64,000 nt of DNA, taken from Candidatus Saccharibacteria bacterium QS_5_54_17 (GTDB taxonomy: Bacteria; Patescibacteriota; Saccharimonadia; QS-5-54-17). The DNA is taken from contig PXOU01000007.1 of the NCBI GenBank assembly GCA_003022365.1, positions 227 through 64,226 on the forward strand, written 5' to 3'. The notes below the pieces were generated by a model. That model saw only the letters and a program-made list of their open reading frames with translations. It was not told where the DNA came from and made no database searches. Both the position numbers and the translations under genes were made by a program. This document shows, piece by piece, positions 27,016 through 37,955 of the stretch. The number at the start of each line of letters is the position of its first letter. Positions within the stretch are counted from its first letter, which is position 1.

Positions 27016-27810
27016 ATGCGAGTTTTCAACCGACGCAATTACTATTTGCTGCGCCAATTGGTCATTACCGATTTCAAGTTACGATACCAAGGCTCCGTGT
27101 TGGGGTATTTGTGGTCACTGCTGAAACCGTTGGCGTTATTTTCGGTGTTGTATACCGTATTCTCCCAGGTTCTCCGCTTTGGTGACGCTATTCCGTTCTA
27201 TCCAGCCTATTTGTTGCTGGGCATCGTCTTCTTTACCTTTTTCGCCGAAGCTACCAATAACGGGTTGCGGGCCATCGTGGACAGAGGCGATTTGATCGGC
27301 AAGATCAGTATGCCCAAGTACATCGTGGTGGTTTCCACCGTATTTTCCAGTCTTATCAACCTGATAATCAATCTCGGCGTGGTCATGGTATTCATTTTGG
27401 CCACCAATGCGGTGATCCGGCCGGCAGCCTTATTGGTGATACCAGTGCTGGCAGTCGAAGTGCTGGTTTTTAGTTTAGCCATCGTTTTTTTGCTGTCCGC
27501 GCTCTACGTACACTACCGTGATATCGCCTACATTTGGGAAGTCGTGGTGCAAATGATGTTTTACGCCACCCCGATTATTTATCCGCTTATATTAGTACCT
27601 GAAGCAGTCCGGCCGTTCTTGCTATTAAGTCCTCTGGCCCAGATCATCCAAGACGCACGGGATGTACTGGTCACCCCGCAAACTACCACCCTCTCCAGCA
27701 TCATAAGCCTGGAAGCTATGCTAATTCCCTTTGTGTTCATTGCGGGGCTCGGCGTAGTCGCTGTCTGGTACTTTCGCCGGAAAGCCCCCTATTTCGCGGA
27801 GGAGATGTAA
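27016..27810 (+). CDS. ABC-2 type polysaccharide/teichoic-acid exporter permease (Wzm/TagG-like).
   Basis: Six TM helices and the ABC-2 signature region YLWSLLKPLA...YQGSVLGYLW. It is adjacent to the ATPase gene. Confidence 0.8.
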   Translation: MRVFNRRNYYLLRQLVITDFKLRYQGSVLGYLWSLLKPLALFSVLYTVFSQVLRFGDAIPFYPAYLLLGIVFFTFFAEATNNGLRAIVDRGDLIGKISMPKYIVVVSTVFSSLINLIINLGVVMVFILATNAVIRPAALLVIPVLAVEVLVFSLAIVFLLSALYVHYRDIAYIWEVVVQMMFYATPIIYPLILVPEAVRPFLLLSPLAQIIQDARDVLVTPQTTTLSSIISLEAMLIPFVFIAGLGVVAVWYFRRKAPYFAEEM

Positions 27811-27811
27811 T

Positions 27812-29008
27812 ATGCTCAAACAACCATACGCCGTCAAAGCCGAAAATATTTCCAAGACCTTCCGCCTGCCCAGCGAAAAACACAGCACGCTCAAACAGAC
27901 CGTACTGAATATGGGCAAACAGCACTACAGCCAGCAACACGTGCTCCAGGATATAAATTTGGAAGTCAAAAAGGGCGAATTTTTTGGCATCGTGGGGCGG
28001 AACGGCAGTGGCAAAAGCACCCTGCTGAAGATTCTGGCCGGTATTTATCAAGTCGACACCGGAAACATCCAGCTGAATGGGCGCTTAACCCCTTTCATTG
28101 AACTGGGCGTGGGGTTCAGCCCGGAACTTTCCGGCCGTGACAATGTGTTTTTAAACGGCACCATACTGGGGTTAACACCTGAGGAGATCGACCGCCAATA
28201 TAACGAAATCGTTGCCTTCGCCGAACTGGAAGACTTTATGGATCAAAAACTGAAAAACTATTCTTCCGGCATGCAAGTGCGGTTGGCATTCTCCATAGCC
28301 ATCCAGGCCCACAACGACATTCTCATGATAGACGAGGTGCTGGCGGTCGGCGATGAGAACTTCCAGAATAAGTGCGTGGATTATTTTTCTTCCATCAGAA
28401 AGGATAAGAACCAAACCGTGGTATTAGTCACCCATGATATGGGCTGGGTGGAGCGGTTCTGCGACAAAGCCATCGTCCTTCACGAGGGAGAAATCGTGGA
28501 GGGTGTCCAAAAACCCTACGACGCCCACAAACTGTATTCGCGCATTAATCAGTCTTACAAAACCGGCAAGGAGGGGGAGGATGATGAAAGCCGGTGGGGA
28601 GACGGCAAAGCACTCATCCGAGGTGTGACGCTGACAAGTCCTGATCAACAAGGCAAACATCTGTTCCGGACAGGTGCTCCTCTAGAGGTCACGGTCTCAC
28701 TTGAAAATCAGGAACTGACCTCCGGGACGATACTGGTCGGGTTGGCGGTCTATGACGAGACGGGTACCTTTATATATGGACCCAACAGCTACGGGGAAAA
28801 CCTTTCCATAGATCATACCCGGGTAACATATCGAGTACCGGACTTGAAACTGAATACCGGTCGATACTTCTTGAGCGCGGGGCTTTTTAATCAGGACGCC
28901 ACCGACACCTATGACTTTATGGACCAAGTTATAGAATTTAAAGTGATTAACGAGCACTCGGATACCAATCGTGGCAGAGTGGTGCTGGAAGGAGAGTGGG
29001 ATTACTAG
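27812..29008 (+). CDS. ABC exporter ATP-binding protein (Wzt/TagH-like) with a C-terminal glycan-binding beta-sandwich extension.
   Basis: Walker A GRNGSGKST, signature YSSGMQVRLAF and Walker B ILMIDEVLAVGD, plus a ~150-aa C-terminal domain typical of Wzt. Confidence 0.85.
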   Translation: MLKQPYAVKAENISKTFRLPSEKHSTLKQTVLNMGKQHYSQQHVLQDINLEVKKGEFFGIVGRNGSGKSTLLKILAGIYQVDTGNIQLNGRLTPFIELGVGFSPELSGRDNVFLNGTILGLTPEEIDRQYNEIVAFAELEDFMDQKLKNYSSGMQVRLAFSIAIQAHNDILMIDEVLAVGDENFQNKCVDYFSSIRKDKNQTVVLVTHDMGWVERFCDKAIVLHEGEIVEGVQKPYDAHKLYSRINQSYKTGKEGEDDESRWGDGKALIRGVTLTSPDQQGKHLFRTGAPLEVTVSLENQELTSGTILVGLAVYDETGTFIYGPNSYGENLSIDHTRVTYRVPDLKLNTGRYFLSAGLFNQDATDTYDFMDQVIEFKVINEHSDTNRGRVVLEGEWDY

Positions 29009-30065
29009 CGGATTACCTCAAACTATCAAAAGTCAGCTCGGGAGTATCCCGTTTGACCAGTTCAGCCGACAGTATATCGCCTGGCGGATAGTGGAGCGGA
29101 TGCGACCCGACATGGACAACAAGTCTCATTTAAAGATTTTGGATATCGGCGGGTATGGCGGCAAAACCCGAGAGTTTTTCCCTGAAGACGAGGTCACGGT
29201 ATTGGACCTGTATGACATTGATGAGCCCTGCTACGTCAAAGGTGACGCGCTGGACATGCCTTTTGCCGATGACGCATTCGATGTCGCGGTCAGTTTCGAT
29301 GTGCTGGAACATATACCCAGGGAAAAACGCCGGCAGTTCATTCAGGAATCGACCCGGGTTTCTCAGCATCTAAACCTTATCGCCGCTCCATTTTATTCCA
29401 AAAAGGCCGCCCAGACGGAATTCGCGCTCAATCATTACTACAAAAACCTGACCGGCTTCCCGCACCAGTGGCTGCAAGAGCACATCGACTACGGTCTGCC
29501 CGTATCAACTGATATCGAAAAATATCTCACGGAGAACGACCTGTACTTCTCCGCCGTCAACAGCAACGAGATACACAACTGGACATGGATCCAGTTCGCC
29601 GTTTTGTTTACTGCCTCAAGTAATGTCAGCTCCCAATACTTGGAGCAGTTGTACCAGTTTTATAATACCCATTTGAGCAGTCTGGAGGATTACGATGAAA
29701 ATAGTTACCGGCGGGTGTACATAGCTTCGCCGAGAGAGCTTCCCCAAGATCTGGACCGGGAATTCCAGAATAACTATTCTTGGGAAGACCGGCTGAGACT
29801 GAAGGAGATTACCTTCCAACATATAGCGCAAATGCAACAAAACGCCCAGCGTGAGATGGTCAATCATGAGCTGAACTGGTACCAATTGATGGTGGAGCGA
29901 TTGAATCGGGAGAATAAGCACCTCCATTATCTGTTAGCCATGCGGGACAACGAGCTGCAATTGATCAACCAGTCGCGGGGATGGCGCATTATCCGGTTTC
30001 TGCGGCGGTTCCGGTCCGGATTGTGGGGAAAGCTTGCCTTCAAAAAGGGGAAACATGAGGGGTAA
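28971..30065 (+). CDS. Class I SAM-dependent methyltransferase (Methyltransf_11-like) with a C-terminal coiled-coil.
   Basis: Motifs ILDIGGYGG (motif I) ... DAFDVAVSFDVLEHI. Confidence 0.7.
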   Translation: MAEWCWKESGITSGLPQTIKSQLGSIPFDQFSRQYIAWRIVERMRPDMDNKSHLKILDIGGYGGKTREFFPEDEVTVLDLYDIDEPCYVKGDALDMPFADDAFDVAVSFDVLEHIPREKRRQFIQESTRVSQHLNLIAAPFYSKKAAQTEFALNHYYKNLTGFPHQWLQEHIDYGLPVSTDIEKYLTENDLYFSAVNSNEIHNWTWIQFAVLFTASSNVSSQYLEQLYQFYNTHLSSLEDYDENSYRRVYIASPRELPQDLDREFQNNYSWEDRLRLKEITFQHIAQMQQNAQREMVNHELNWYQLMVERLNRENKHLHYLLAMRDNELQLINQSRGWRIIRFLRRFRSGLWGKLAFKKGKHEG

Positions 30066-31986
30066 ATTCATAACACTTATCTCCAAAGCTATTTCCTTTT
30101 TTCCGCCACTTCGCAGCCTGGGGGCGGCAGTATTAACCCTTTTGGTCAAAGTGCGGGGCGGCAAAACCCTAGGTCTATATAAAGAATTCCGGCAACGGGA
30201 AGTCCAACTACAACGCGTGCATGAGTACCGCCAGTGGTTTATGTCCCATTATCCGCCATATGAGGAGCTGGAGCGGCAAAAAGATTTCGCCAAAGATTTC
30301 GGGTTCCAGCCCAAAATAAGCATTCTGGTCCCCACCTACAACACCGACATAGCGCATCTGCGCTTGTGTATCGAATCAGTACTGGCTCAGACGTATTTCA
30401 GTTGGGAACTGTGTATCGCTGATGACGCCTCATCAGACCCATTGGTGGCCGAAACCGTAAATGAGTACGCCGCTCGGGATGACCGGATACGCTTGACCGT
30501 GCGGGAGCAAAACGGCCACATCTGCGCCGCGTCCAATACGGCGCTTGACATGGCCGGCGGCGACTACGTTTCCTTGCTTGATCACGATGACATCCTCTGG
30601 CCCAACGCGCTCTATGAAGTAGTTAGTTTGCTAAATGAACACCCTGATGCGGAACTGATTTATACTGACGAGGACAAACTGGAAGCGGATGGTGAAACGC
30701 ACTCCGAACCGTTCTTCAAGCCGGATTGGAATCCGGATTATCTCCGCACCATCAACTACATAACCCATTTCGCCACGCTCAAAAAAGAATTAATGGATGC
30801 GATCGGCGGTTTTCGGCTCGGTACGGAAGGTGCTCAGGACTGGGACGTGTTCTTACGCGGGACCGAAGCTACCCCGCATATACATCACATTCCCAAAATC
30901 GTTTATAGTTGGCGAAAATCACCTGCTTCTACTGCCATGACCGCTGATGCCAAGGGCTATGCCTATCAAAACCAGAAAAAGGTTATGGAGGACGATATCG
31001 AGCGCCGTGGCTACACCGGGGAAGCGCAAACCACTCATTACAAAGGATACTGGCGGGTGCGCTACGACCTCATCGATGAACCCAAAATATCCATCATCAT
31101 ACCCACCAAAGAACGGTTGGGATTCATCCAGGAGTGCCTGTCTTCCATTATCTCTCAAACCGGGTACGCAAATTACGAAATCATCATCGTGGATACCGGC
31201 AGCGAAGACAGGCGCGTCTGGGATTATTACCGGTCCATGCAGGAAGAGTACGGACATATTTCCCTGTATGAGTGGAAGGAGGAATTCAATTTCGCGGCTG
31301 TGTGTAACTTCGGCGCCGAAAAAGCCTCCGGCGATTATTATCTATTCCTCAACAACGACACCAAAGTTATAACGGATCAGTGGCTGGAAGGTTTATTGGA
31401 ACACGCCCAGCGGGAAAGAACGGGTGCCGTGGGGTGTAAACTCCTGTTTTCGGATAATACCATCCAGCACGGGGGAATCGTGCTGGGCATGAGCAGCGAA
31501 AAATCCATCCAGGGGGTGGCCGGGCATATCTTTTCCACCTGGGATGATAGATCAACCGACCATGTCAAAGCTCTGTTCGCCGATACGGTGCGGAATTACT
31601 CGGCCGTGACGGCCGCCTGCCTGATGGTGGACAAAGAAAAATTTCACCAAGTCAAAGGGTTTAATCCCAAATTCCAAATCGCTTTTAACGACGTGGATCT
31701 CTGCCTGAAACTGCAAAACGCCGGCTATTTCAACGTCTACACGCCACACGTGAAGCTATATCACTTCGAGTCCAAATCGGTCGGCAAATACAAGACGAAA
31801 GGGCGTAACAGCGAGCAATTCGAAGAGGAAACCAGCGCCATGGGGCGTAAGTGGACATGGAAATTTATCAACAATGACCCCTCTTACAATCCCAATTTGT
31901 CGCTTGCCTACCCGTTCGGTAACATCGATCCCGATACAGAAGTAGTCGGTGGCAAGCGAAAGATACCCGAGAGACGTAATTCTTAA
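30034..31986 (+). CDS. Two-domain family-2 glycosyltransferase (tandem GT-A domains, WbbL/rhamnosyltransferase-like).
   Basis: Two separate GT2 cores (ISILVPTYNTD...ADDASSD...LDHDD and ISIIIPTKERL...VDTGSEDR...LNNDT). Confidence 0.8.
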   Translation: MPSKRGNMRGKFITLISKAISFFPPLRSLGAAVLTLLVKVRGGKTLGLYKEFRQREVQLQRVHEYRQWFMSHYPPYEELERQKDFAKDFGFQPKISILVPTYNTDIAHLRLCIESVLAQTYFSWELCIADDASSDPLVAETVNEYAARDDRIRLTVREQNGHICAASNTALDMAGGDYVSLLDHDDILWPNALYEVVSLLNEHPDAELIYTDEDKLEADGETHSEPFFKPDWNPDYLRTINYITHFATLKKELMDAIGGFRLGTEGAQDWDVFLRGTEATPHIHHIPKIVYSWRKSPASTAMTADAKGYAYQNQKKVMEDDIERRGYTGEAQTTHYKGYWRVRYDLIDEPKISIIIPTKERLGFIQECLSSIISQTGYANYEIIIVDTGSEDRRVWDYYRSMQEEYGHISLYEWKEEFNFAAVCNFGAEKASGDYYLFLNNDTKVITDQWLEGLLEHAQRERTGAVGCKLLFSDNTIQHGGIVLGMSSEKSIQGVAGHIFSTWDDRSTDHVKALFADTVRNYSAVTAACLMVDKEKFHQVKGFNPKFQIAFNDVDLCLKLQNAGYFNVYTPHVKLYHFESKSVGKYKTKGRNSEQFEEETSAMGRKWTWKFINNDPSYNPNLSLAYPFGNIDPDTEVVGGKRKIPERRNS

Positions 31987-31989
31987 CCC

Positions 31990-32300
31990 TCGCCCACTTG
32001 CAATGTCATCCCGGACTCCGGTCCGGGATCTGTTTCAGGCTTGGTTTCAGAACCGGATTCCTAACCAAGTTCGCAGTGACAAATAGGGTGACGCAAAAGA
32101 ATTGTCATCCTGAATTTATTTCAGGATCTGTTTCAAAACCGGATTCCGAACTAAATTCGCAGTGACAAAGAGGCTCTGCAATTTTTTACTTGCTTCTTGC
32201 TCCTTACTTCCTGCTTCCTGTTCCTGTCATCCTGAACCTGCCTGCCGGCAGGCAGGCTTGTTTCAGGATCCATCTCAGGATCAGCTTCAGCATCCCTCCT
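31990..32300. repeat. Composite repeat block R6: hairpin modules, the CT-rich module tttacttgcttcttgctccttacttcctgcttcctgttcc, and the palindrome gtcatcctgaacctgcctgccggcaggcaggcttgtttcaggat.
   Basis: Direct sequence comparison with the other blocks. Confidence 0.8.
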
Positions 32301-35300
32301 AAATATTATCCCCAGTCGGGATCTGTTTCAGCAGCTTGTGGCTGACGCCCCGGAGCGATTTGTCGCTGCATTGACTGTTGTCTTTGGCGCTCGGTCCGGT
32401 CAGCCAGCGTTTCTCGCCGTCGTACATGCAGTAGTGTTTATTGGTCTCGGGGCTGGTAATCAATCGACTGACCTTTTTATCGGCGGTCTTCTGGGCGAAT
32501 AGGTCGACCAGTTTCTGCGTATAAATTTGCGTGTTGCTGCCGAACCACGCATCCGCCGTTTCGCCGCCATCGACAGGGAACTGCCGCCGATTACCATCGT
32601 CGATGACCCCGTCGCTTTTGCTGAGGAGATAGGTGGCTTTTTGGCTGCTTTCCAGGTTGCCAATTTCCGTATCAGTCATTTTGACGTTGCCGCCGAAGCG
32701 GCCCAGCCCAAAGTTCTTAAACGCGGCCAGAGTCGTTATGTGATACAGCTCATTGCCGTCATAGAGATATAACTGTTTATTATCCGGGTTTTGAGAGCTC
32801 ACCAGAACACTCAGATTGTTTTCTTCCAAGAAAGAAGTTAAGCGGGAACTGATGGAGGTTGAATTGTTGCCGGTGCCCCATACTTCCCCGAGTGCCAGGT
32901 TTTTGGTCCGGTACAGGGCGCCGTTCCGGGCAATGCCGTATCCATCCCCGACCGTAAAGTCGTTATTCAGATCCGGCTTTTCTTGGAACCAGTCGCTCAG
33001 CGAGGCACTGGCAATGTTCAGGTTCGGACTGAGTTCCCACTCATCGCTGACCACCTTATGGTATCCGTTGTTATCGAACACGTAATCATCAGTTCCGGAA
33101 GTGAATTGGTGGCCGGTACTGCTTCCGGTGTCCATGCCCTTGATCATGCCATGGGGTAATACGAACGTACCCTGGCCTGTCCCTGAACGCATCAATCGCA
33201 GCTTCTTGAAACTGCCCACGTGGTGCTTAGTGCCGCTGCCGTCCAGGTAGAACACCTTATTGGTGGAAGAACTGGTCACGTACGGAGTGCCGATGCCGTT
33301 TTGATCCGGATATTGATCCAGCACTGCTGCCGAAACGCTCATCGGCGATTCCGGAGCCGTGTAGGCATTTTCCAGCGAATCCTCCAAGTCGTATTTGTTC
33401 TGTTCCATGTAATAAGTAGTGGTGCCGTCCGTAGCCGTGAAGCTGCTGACACTACTATCTTTGGAGAGCATATTCAGGAATGCACCGGAGACTTCCGTTT
33501 TGGCGCCGTCACCACCGGGCTTCCAGTGATTATAAACCCCCGGGCCGGCGATGTGGTGGTACGTATCCTGATTCATCAGATAAATCTTGGTGTCGTATTT
33601 TTCTTGCAACAAAATCGTGGCTTTACCCGCTCCGGCGAAACGGTTTAGGCTGGGTTGGCTGATCCGGGAAAGGTTACCACTGTACACCTGGTCCATGGAT
33701 CCCGAAGAAATCCAGTGCTTATTACCCTGGTTGATAAAGAATATTTTATTGGTATTTGCCGCGGTCGCTTTCGGATAGTGCAATGTTCTTTCCTCCCAGC
33801 GGGGAATACAGTTGCCGTTATCGTCATAACTTTGGCAGAAATATGCCTCAGAGACTGCGATAGCGCTGCCGCTGCCCTCCCATGCGTTCAAAGTAGTCAG
33901 GTTCGGGTAATGCTGGATTACGTTACGGTCGGTATCGGCATTGCTGTCCATCATGTAAATCTTGCCATCAAGCGGTGATTTGATGCGGTATGTAAGCTTT
34001 TTCTTGTTCAGATAGTTAACGGTGTTCTGTTTCAACCACGGGATGTTGCCAAGTTGGAAGTTCCATGCTTTGGCCTGATTATGGCTCCTGACATGAAAAG
34101 CTCTCTTGTCATCCGCAAAATACGCTTTGCCGGTGCCGCGCTCATATGCCAGCCGCCGCAGCGTTCCGCCGTCATCGTATTTATCCAATTGATCAGGGCT
34201 TACATTCTGCTTAGGAAGCTCGTCGAACCCCCAGGCTATCAACGCGTCCTGGTTGGCTATATGTATTTTTAAATTTTCCTCTTTGTTGATGACATATATC
34301 GCCCCCGAATTTTCATTGCGCATCAGCACGATGTCTTGGCTCGGGGTCGGGGAACCGAACCAGTCCGTAAAATCGCGCCAAAAGTTCCGGTTGCCATAGG
34401 TGCTGCAACTATTGCCCGTGCCGTACAGATTATCCAACGCGGCCTGGTTGGGTTGGTAAGGAGTGTAGTTGTACAAAGCCGAGGTGGCCAAGTTCTTTAT
34501 ATCTACGGTATCATTTCCACAGCTGTCATCGGGGTGGTAGTCTATATCGGTCTCGCCGGGCGGGTAGTAGTTGTAGCCGCGGGTTTCCTCCATAATTTCT
34601 TTGAAAAACTTGGCGGCTTGGTTAATCTGGTTATAAAAACCGCGGTATTTCGGATCGCAATCGGAGCTATCGGGGCAGCCGAAGCCGGTAGCGGATTGGT
34701 ATTGGATAATCCACGGCCAGGAGTCGCCGACAAGTGATTGCTCCTTCTGCAGCAGAACCAGGATTACTTGCGGATTTATATCGTGTTTCTGGGAAACATC
34801 CTTAATTAATTGGGCGGCCGATTTGCCGTTGGTGCCAAGGGTGTCATTGGTATTCATGGCGTTGCTGTCGCTTTTGTTGAAGTTGGTGCGGCCGCCCTTC
34901 CACCAGCACATGGTCTTGGCCTTCTCATATCGGTTGTCGCCGGATCCAAAGCCGAACTCTTCCCGTATGTACTTATCGCTGCATTCGGGCATGTTTTCGG
35001 TGGGGTCTTCCTTGTAATCTTTCAAGCACATGTAATCCCGGCCGAAGTCCATCCAACGATTCGACTCGCTGTGCCGCTCCTCACAGCCGCCCATTTCGGA
35101 CATTTCGTTTTCCAAGAAACTTTGGATGTCGCTGACGCTCATGGTATCGGTATCGCGCATGACAGAGTTATCGATCAGTCGCCCGGGGCTGAAATTATCG
35201 GCATCGGCTACCTGCTTGTGGGAACTGACGTTAGTAGCCACCATAATCCCGCCAAGAACCAATACCAAAATGCCTGCCAATACGTATAAAGCCGGGCGCC

Positions 35301-35304
35301 TCAT
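32299..35304 (-). CDS. Large (1001 aa) secreted protein with a lysozyme-like domain and C-terminal ~35-40-aa repeats shared with the amidase and the S8 protease.
   Basis: N-terminal signal/TM. The motif NPQVILVLLQKEQSLVGDSWPW...ATGFGCPD parallels 8816-10018 and 53628-54344. Repeat units KIYLMNQD...HHI, KVFYLDGSGTKHHV and QLYLYDGNELYHI are present. Its start overlaps the stop of 35301-35870. Confidence 0.6.
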   Translation of the reverse strand: MRRPALYVLAGILVLVLGGIMVATNVSSHKQVADADNFSPGRLIDNSVMRDTDTMSVSDIQSFLENEMSEMGGCEERHSESNRWMDFGRDYMCLKDYKEDPTENMPECSDKYIREEFGFGSGDNRYEKAKTMCWWKGGRTNFNKSDSNAMNTNDTLGTNGKSAAQLIKDVSQKHDINPQVILVLLQKEQSLVGDSWPWIIQYQSATGFGCPDSSDCDPKYRGFYNQINQAAKFFKEIMEETRGYNYYPPGETDIDYHPDDSCGNDTVDIKNLATSALYNYTPYQPNQAALDNLYGTGNSCSTYGNRNFWRDFTDWFGSPTPSQDIVLMRNENSGAIYVINKEENLKIHIANQDALIAWGFDELPKQNVSPDQLDKYDDGGTLRRLAYERGTGKAYFADDKRAFHVRSHNQAKAWNFQLGNIPWLKQNTVNYLNKKKLTYRIKSPLDGKIYMMDSNADTDRNVIQHYPNLTTLNAWEGSGSAIAVSEAYFCQSYDDNGNCIPRWEERTLHYPKATAANTNKIFFINQGNKHWISSGSMDQVYSGNLSRISQPSLNRFAGAGKATILLQEKYDTKIYLMNQDTYHHIAGPGVYNHWKPGGDGAKTEVSGAFLNMLSKDSSVSSFTATDGTTTYYMEQNKYDLEDSLENAYTAPESPMSVSAAVLDQYPDQNGIGTPYVTSSSTNKVFYLDGSGTKHHVGSFKKLRLMRSGTGQGTFVLPHGMIKGMDTGSSTGHQFTSGTDDYVFDNNGYHKVVSDEWELSPNLNIASASLSDWFQEKPDLNNDFTVGDGYGIARNGALYRTKNLALGEVWGTGNNSTSISSRLTSFLEENNLSVLVSSQNPDNKQLYLYDGNELYHITTLAAFKNFGLGRFGGNVKMTDTEIGNLESSQKATYLLSKSDGVIDDGNRRQFPVDGGETADAWFGSNTQIYTQKLVDLFAQKTADKKVSRLITSPETNKHYCMYDGEKRWLTGPSAKDNSQCSDKSLRGVSHKLLKQIPTGDNI

Positions 35305-35870
35305 TCGATCCTCGCTTGCTTTTTATCTGACGCAGCTTCGCTGTTGCGGATGAAGACGCGTGCCGTCCACATGCCTTTGGGCGAAAACTTGCTGTTATTC
35401 ACCTGGACGCCACAGGCGTAATAGCCGGTCGGGGCGCGTTGTATGGCAGCTGTTTCGGTGACGGTTGAACCGTTTCGGGAGAATCGGAACTCACAGGTAC
35501 CCTCCGTTTTGTTGCTAACCATCGCATTGGCGTAAACAGTGCCGTTATCCCGCTGGCCGAAATTATTCAGCGTGATCGAAGCATCAGATTCCTCCGAAGA
35601 TTCTTGAGGAGATTCCCCAGAAGTATCAGACTCGTTCGGAGATTCTTGATTTGTATTTGTACTACTCCTGTCTTTTTTTGTTTCTTTTTCGTCATCTTTA
35701 TTTTCTGCCTCTTGTTTTTCTTCCGGCAAACCGCCTTGGGCTTCGCCATTTTCATCTTGGGAGTCTTCAGTAGCAGGGGAACCGCCCTGCGTTTGCTGCC
35801 ACAGCGCATACCCGCCACCAGTGGCGAGTAGGAGAATGAGAACGACTGAAATAACGGTGTGTTTTTTCAT
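35301..35870 (-). CDS. Small secreted or lipoprotein-like protein with an acidic low-complexity linker, co-transcribed with the 1001-aa hydrolase.
   Basis: Signal peptide MKKHTVISVVLILLLATGGG. It has a 4-nt overlap with the downstream gene. Confidence 0.45.
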   Translation of the reverse strand: MKKHTVISVVLILLLATGGGYALWQQTQGGSPATEDSQDENGEAQGGLPEEKQEAENKDDEKETKKDRSSTNTNQESPNESDTSGESPQESSEESDASITLNNFGQRDNGTVYANAMVSNKTEGTCEFRFSRNGSTVTETAAIQRAPTGYYACGVQVNNSKFSPKGMWTARVFIRNSEAASDKKQARIE

Positions 35871-36098
35871 GGGGGAGTTTTTATTTTAATACTTTCAGCG
35901 CGTAGCGCATATTTCCATATAAGCATAAAAATTGATAAAAGTCAAGATTACATAAGGGCTTTCGCCTCTATAAACCAGACTAAATGTCATTTCTGAAGAT
36001 GTCATCCGCCTAGTCTCCCGGCTTTTAGAAAACGTGGTAGCATACGCAGCAATGAACGTAGCAGGCGAAAAGTGATGCTGTTGCAACGGGGGAGGTAG

Positions 36099-37553
36099 GT
36101 GTTTTTCGCGTTCCGTAACTTTCTCCGGCAGAACAAATGGGTGGTTGTCGGGGTGCTTGGGGCGGTATTGGCATTTATTGGAGGGGGCGGGCTGAGCGTC
36201 GTTTCGATTCCCCATTTGCTGACCGCCGATGCGCCGTATCATCTTGATTACGCCTGGCAGATTTATCAGGGGAGGTTGCCGCAATTTTCCATGGGGCCGA
36301 CTATGCCCGCCGATGTTTCCATGCATACCTATCATCTGACGGGCCATCATCCGCCGCTGTATTACGGGATTATCGCGCCATTTGTGGGACCGTTCATCGC
36401 GGCAGGAAGCTGGGAGATGGCCACCATCATAGGGCGGGTGATGACGCTGGGTATCGGCGTGTTAAGCCTCCTGGCTCTGGCGTGGACCGGTTGGATAGTC
36501 GGCGGCCGTTACCGGAAAATGCTGGCTGTGGCGGCTCCGGCGATCGCTGCTACATTCGTGCCGTTCGTTTTAGTCTCGTCCGCGATTTATAGCGACGGGC
36601 TATTAGTGCTCATGTCCATCTTGGCCTTCGCGTTAAGCGCGCTGCTCCTATACCGTGGTCCCCGCCCATGGAACATAATGTGTCTGGCCATAGTGCTGTT
36701 GCTCGGCATGGCAACGCGGGTTTCGTTTACCAGCATGCTCGCCGTGGCGTTAGTGGCTGTCCTGTCTTCCTGTATAATCCATGGCAAAGGCACACTTTCC
36801 AAAAATCTACTCAAAGGCGGGGGATACGCTGCTGCCATGGGGCTGCTTGTGGTTGTCGGCATCGGGTGGTTTTACTACTTCCACAACTTTGAGGCCAGCG
36901 GTTCGCTGCTGACTAACAGAATCGATACTGTCGAACATGTGCGCAGATTCAAATCTTTCCCGGACGTCATAACCAGCAAGAATCTATGGTATCTTGTCCC
37001 ATTTGGTTTATTCGGCCACTCCTTGCAGCGTTTAGAAGACTTTACCCTTAACCAATGGTTGTCTTATCTAGTTTTCCTGGTAGGAGTTTCCGGCAGCATG
37101 GTGTGGTTTGCTAAGCAGAAACTGCGTGGATTTTTCCAAAAAGCGAACCGGGAAACCATGTTAGTCGGTACCATGTTTATCGCCTACTCCGGACTCGTTT
37201 TCACCCAGCAAATCGTATACGCGACGGGGTATGGGATGTACAACCCCCGGTACCTTTTGCCGGCGTGGGTCGTAGCAGGGGTCGTGATAGGTATGGGAAT
37301 GCTTATTTGGCAAAAAAAGGGGTTAATTGCGGTGGCCGCGATGGCGGCAGGCTGGGCAGCTGTTATCAAGTGGCTGGTGTATATACTGGTAACCGAAGCT
37401 CATTTGTCTATAGAGCGAGGATGGTTTCACATGCTCCAGTCCGCCGCCGCGGACAATGGCTTTCCGGCAGCGACGATACCAATACTGCTGACAACCACCG
37501 CGGCAGGAGTGCTGCTGGTGGGCATGTCGCTCTGGCGGCTTTCCCCGGAGTAA
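36099..37553 (+). CDS. Polytopic GT-C-fold-like membrane glycosyltransferase (ArnT/PMT-like), a paralogue of 43246-44844.
   Basis: About 12 TM helices. The first-loop acidic motif ADAPYHLDYAWQ...HPPLYY is shared nearly verbatim with 43246-44844. It is associated with the polyprenyl-P GT2 at 46396-47355. Confidence 0.5.
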   Translation: MFFAFRNFLRQNKWVVVGVLGAVLAFIGGGGLSVVSIPHLLTADAPYHLDYAWQIYQGRLPQFSMGPTMPADVSMHTYHLTGHHPPLYYGIIAPFVGPFIAAGSWEMATIIGRVMTLGIGVLSLLALAWTGWIVGGRYRKMLAVAAPAIAATFVPFVLVSSAIYSDGLLVLMSILAFALSALLLYRGPRPWNIMCLAIVLLLGMATRVSFTSMLAVALVAVLSSCIIHGKGTLSKNLLKGGGYAAAMGLLVVVGIGWFYYFHNFEASGSLLTNRIDTVEHVRRFKSFPDVITSKNLWYLVPFGLFGHSLQRLEDFTLNQWLSYLVFLVGVSGSMVWFAKQKLRGFFQKANRETMLVGTMFIAYSGLVFTQQIVYATGYGMYNPRYLLPAWVVAGVVIGMGMLIWQKKGLIAVAAMAAGWAAVIKWLVYILVTEAHLSIERGWFHMLQSAAADNGFPAATIPILLTTTAAGVLLVGMSLWRLSPE

Positions 37554-37554
37554 C

Positions 37555-37930
37555 AATAGGGACCGGAAGTAGGAAGCAAGCAGTGAGGAGCAACAGACTC
37601 TGAACCTGTCACTGCTGAAACAAGTTCAGGACAGGCTCTGAATTTATTTCAGAATCTATTGCAGAAACGATTCCGAACTAAATTCGCAGTGACAAATGGA
37701 CTTTGCATTCTTCCACTTGCTTCTTACTGCTTACTTCTTGTTCTTGTCATCCTCTTGTCATCCTGAACTTGTTTCAGGATCTGTTTCAGGATCCTTTAGG
37801 AGAACCTCGGAAAGCTGCTACACGTCGTAACAAAGCAGTCTGACTTATTACAAAAAATGACGATCGTCAGCAAATGTAATAGCTACTGGGGTGCGTGAGG
37901 AGGCGGGACGAGATAAGTGGGAAGTAGTAA
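37555..37930. repeat. Composite repeat block R7: a purine arm, hairpin modules and a CT-rich arm, then the tgacttattacaaaaaatgacgatcgtcagcaaatgtaatagctac module at 37841-37886.
   Basis: Direct sequence comparison. The second module matches 25011-25053. Confidence 0.8.
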
Positions 37931-37955
37931 GTAATAAGTAATAAGTGGGAAGTGG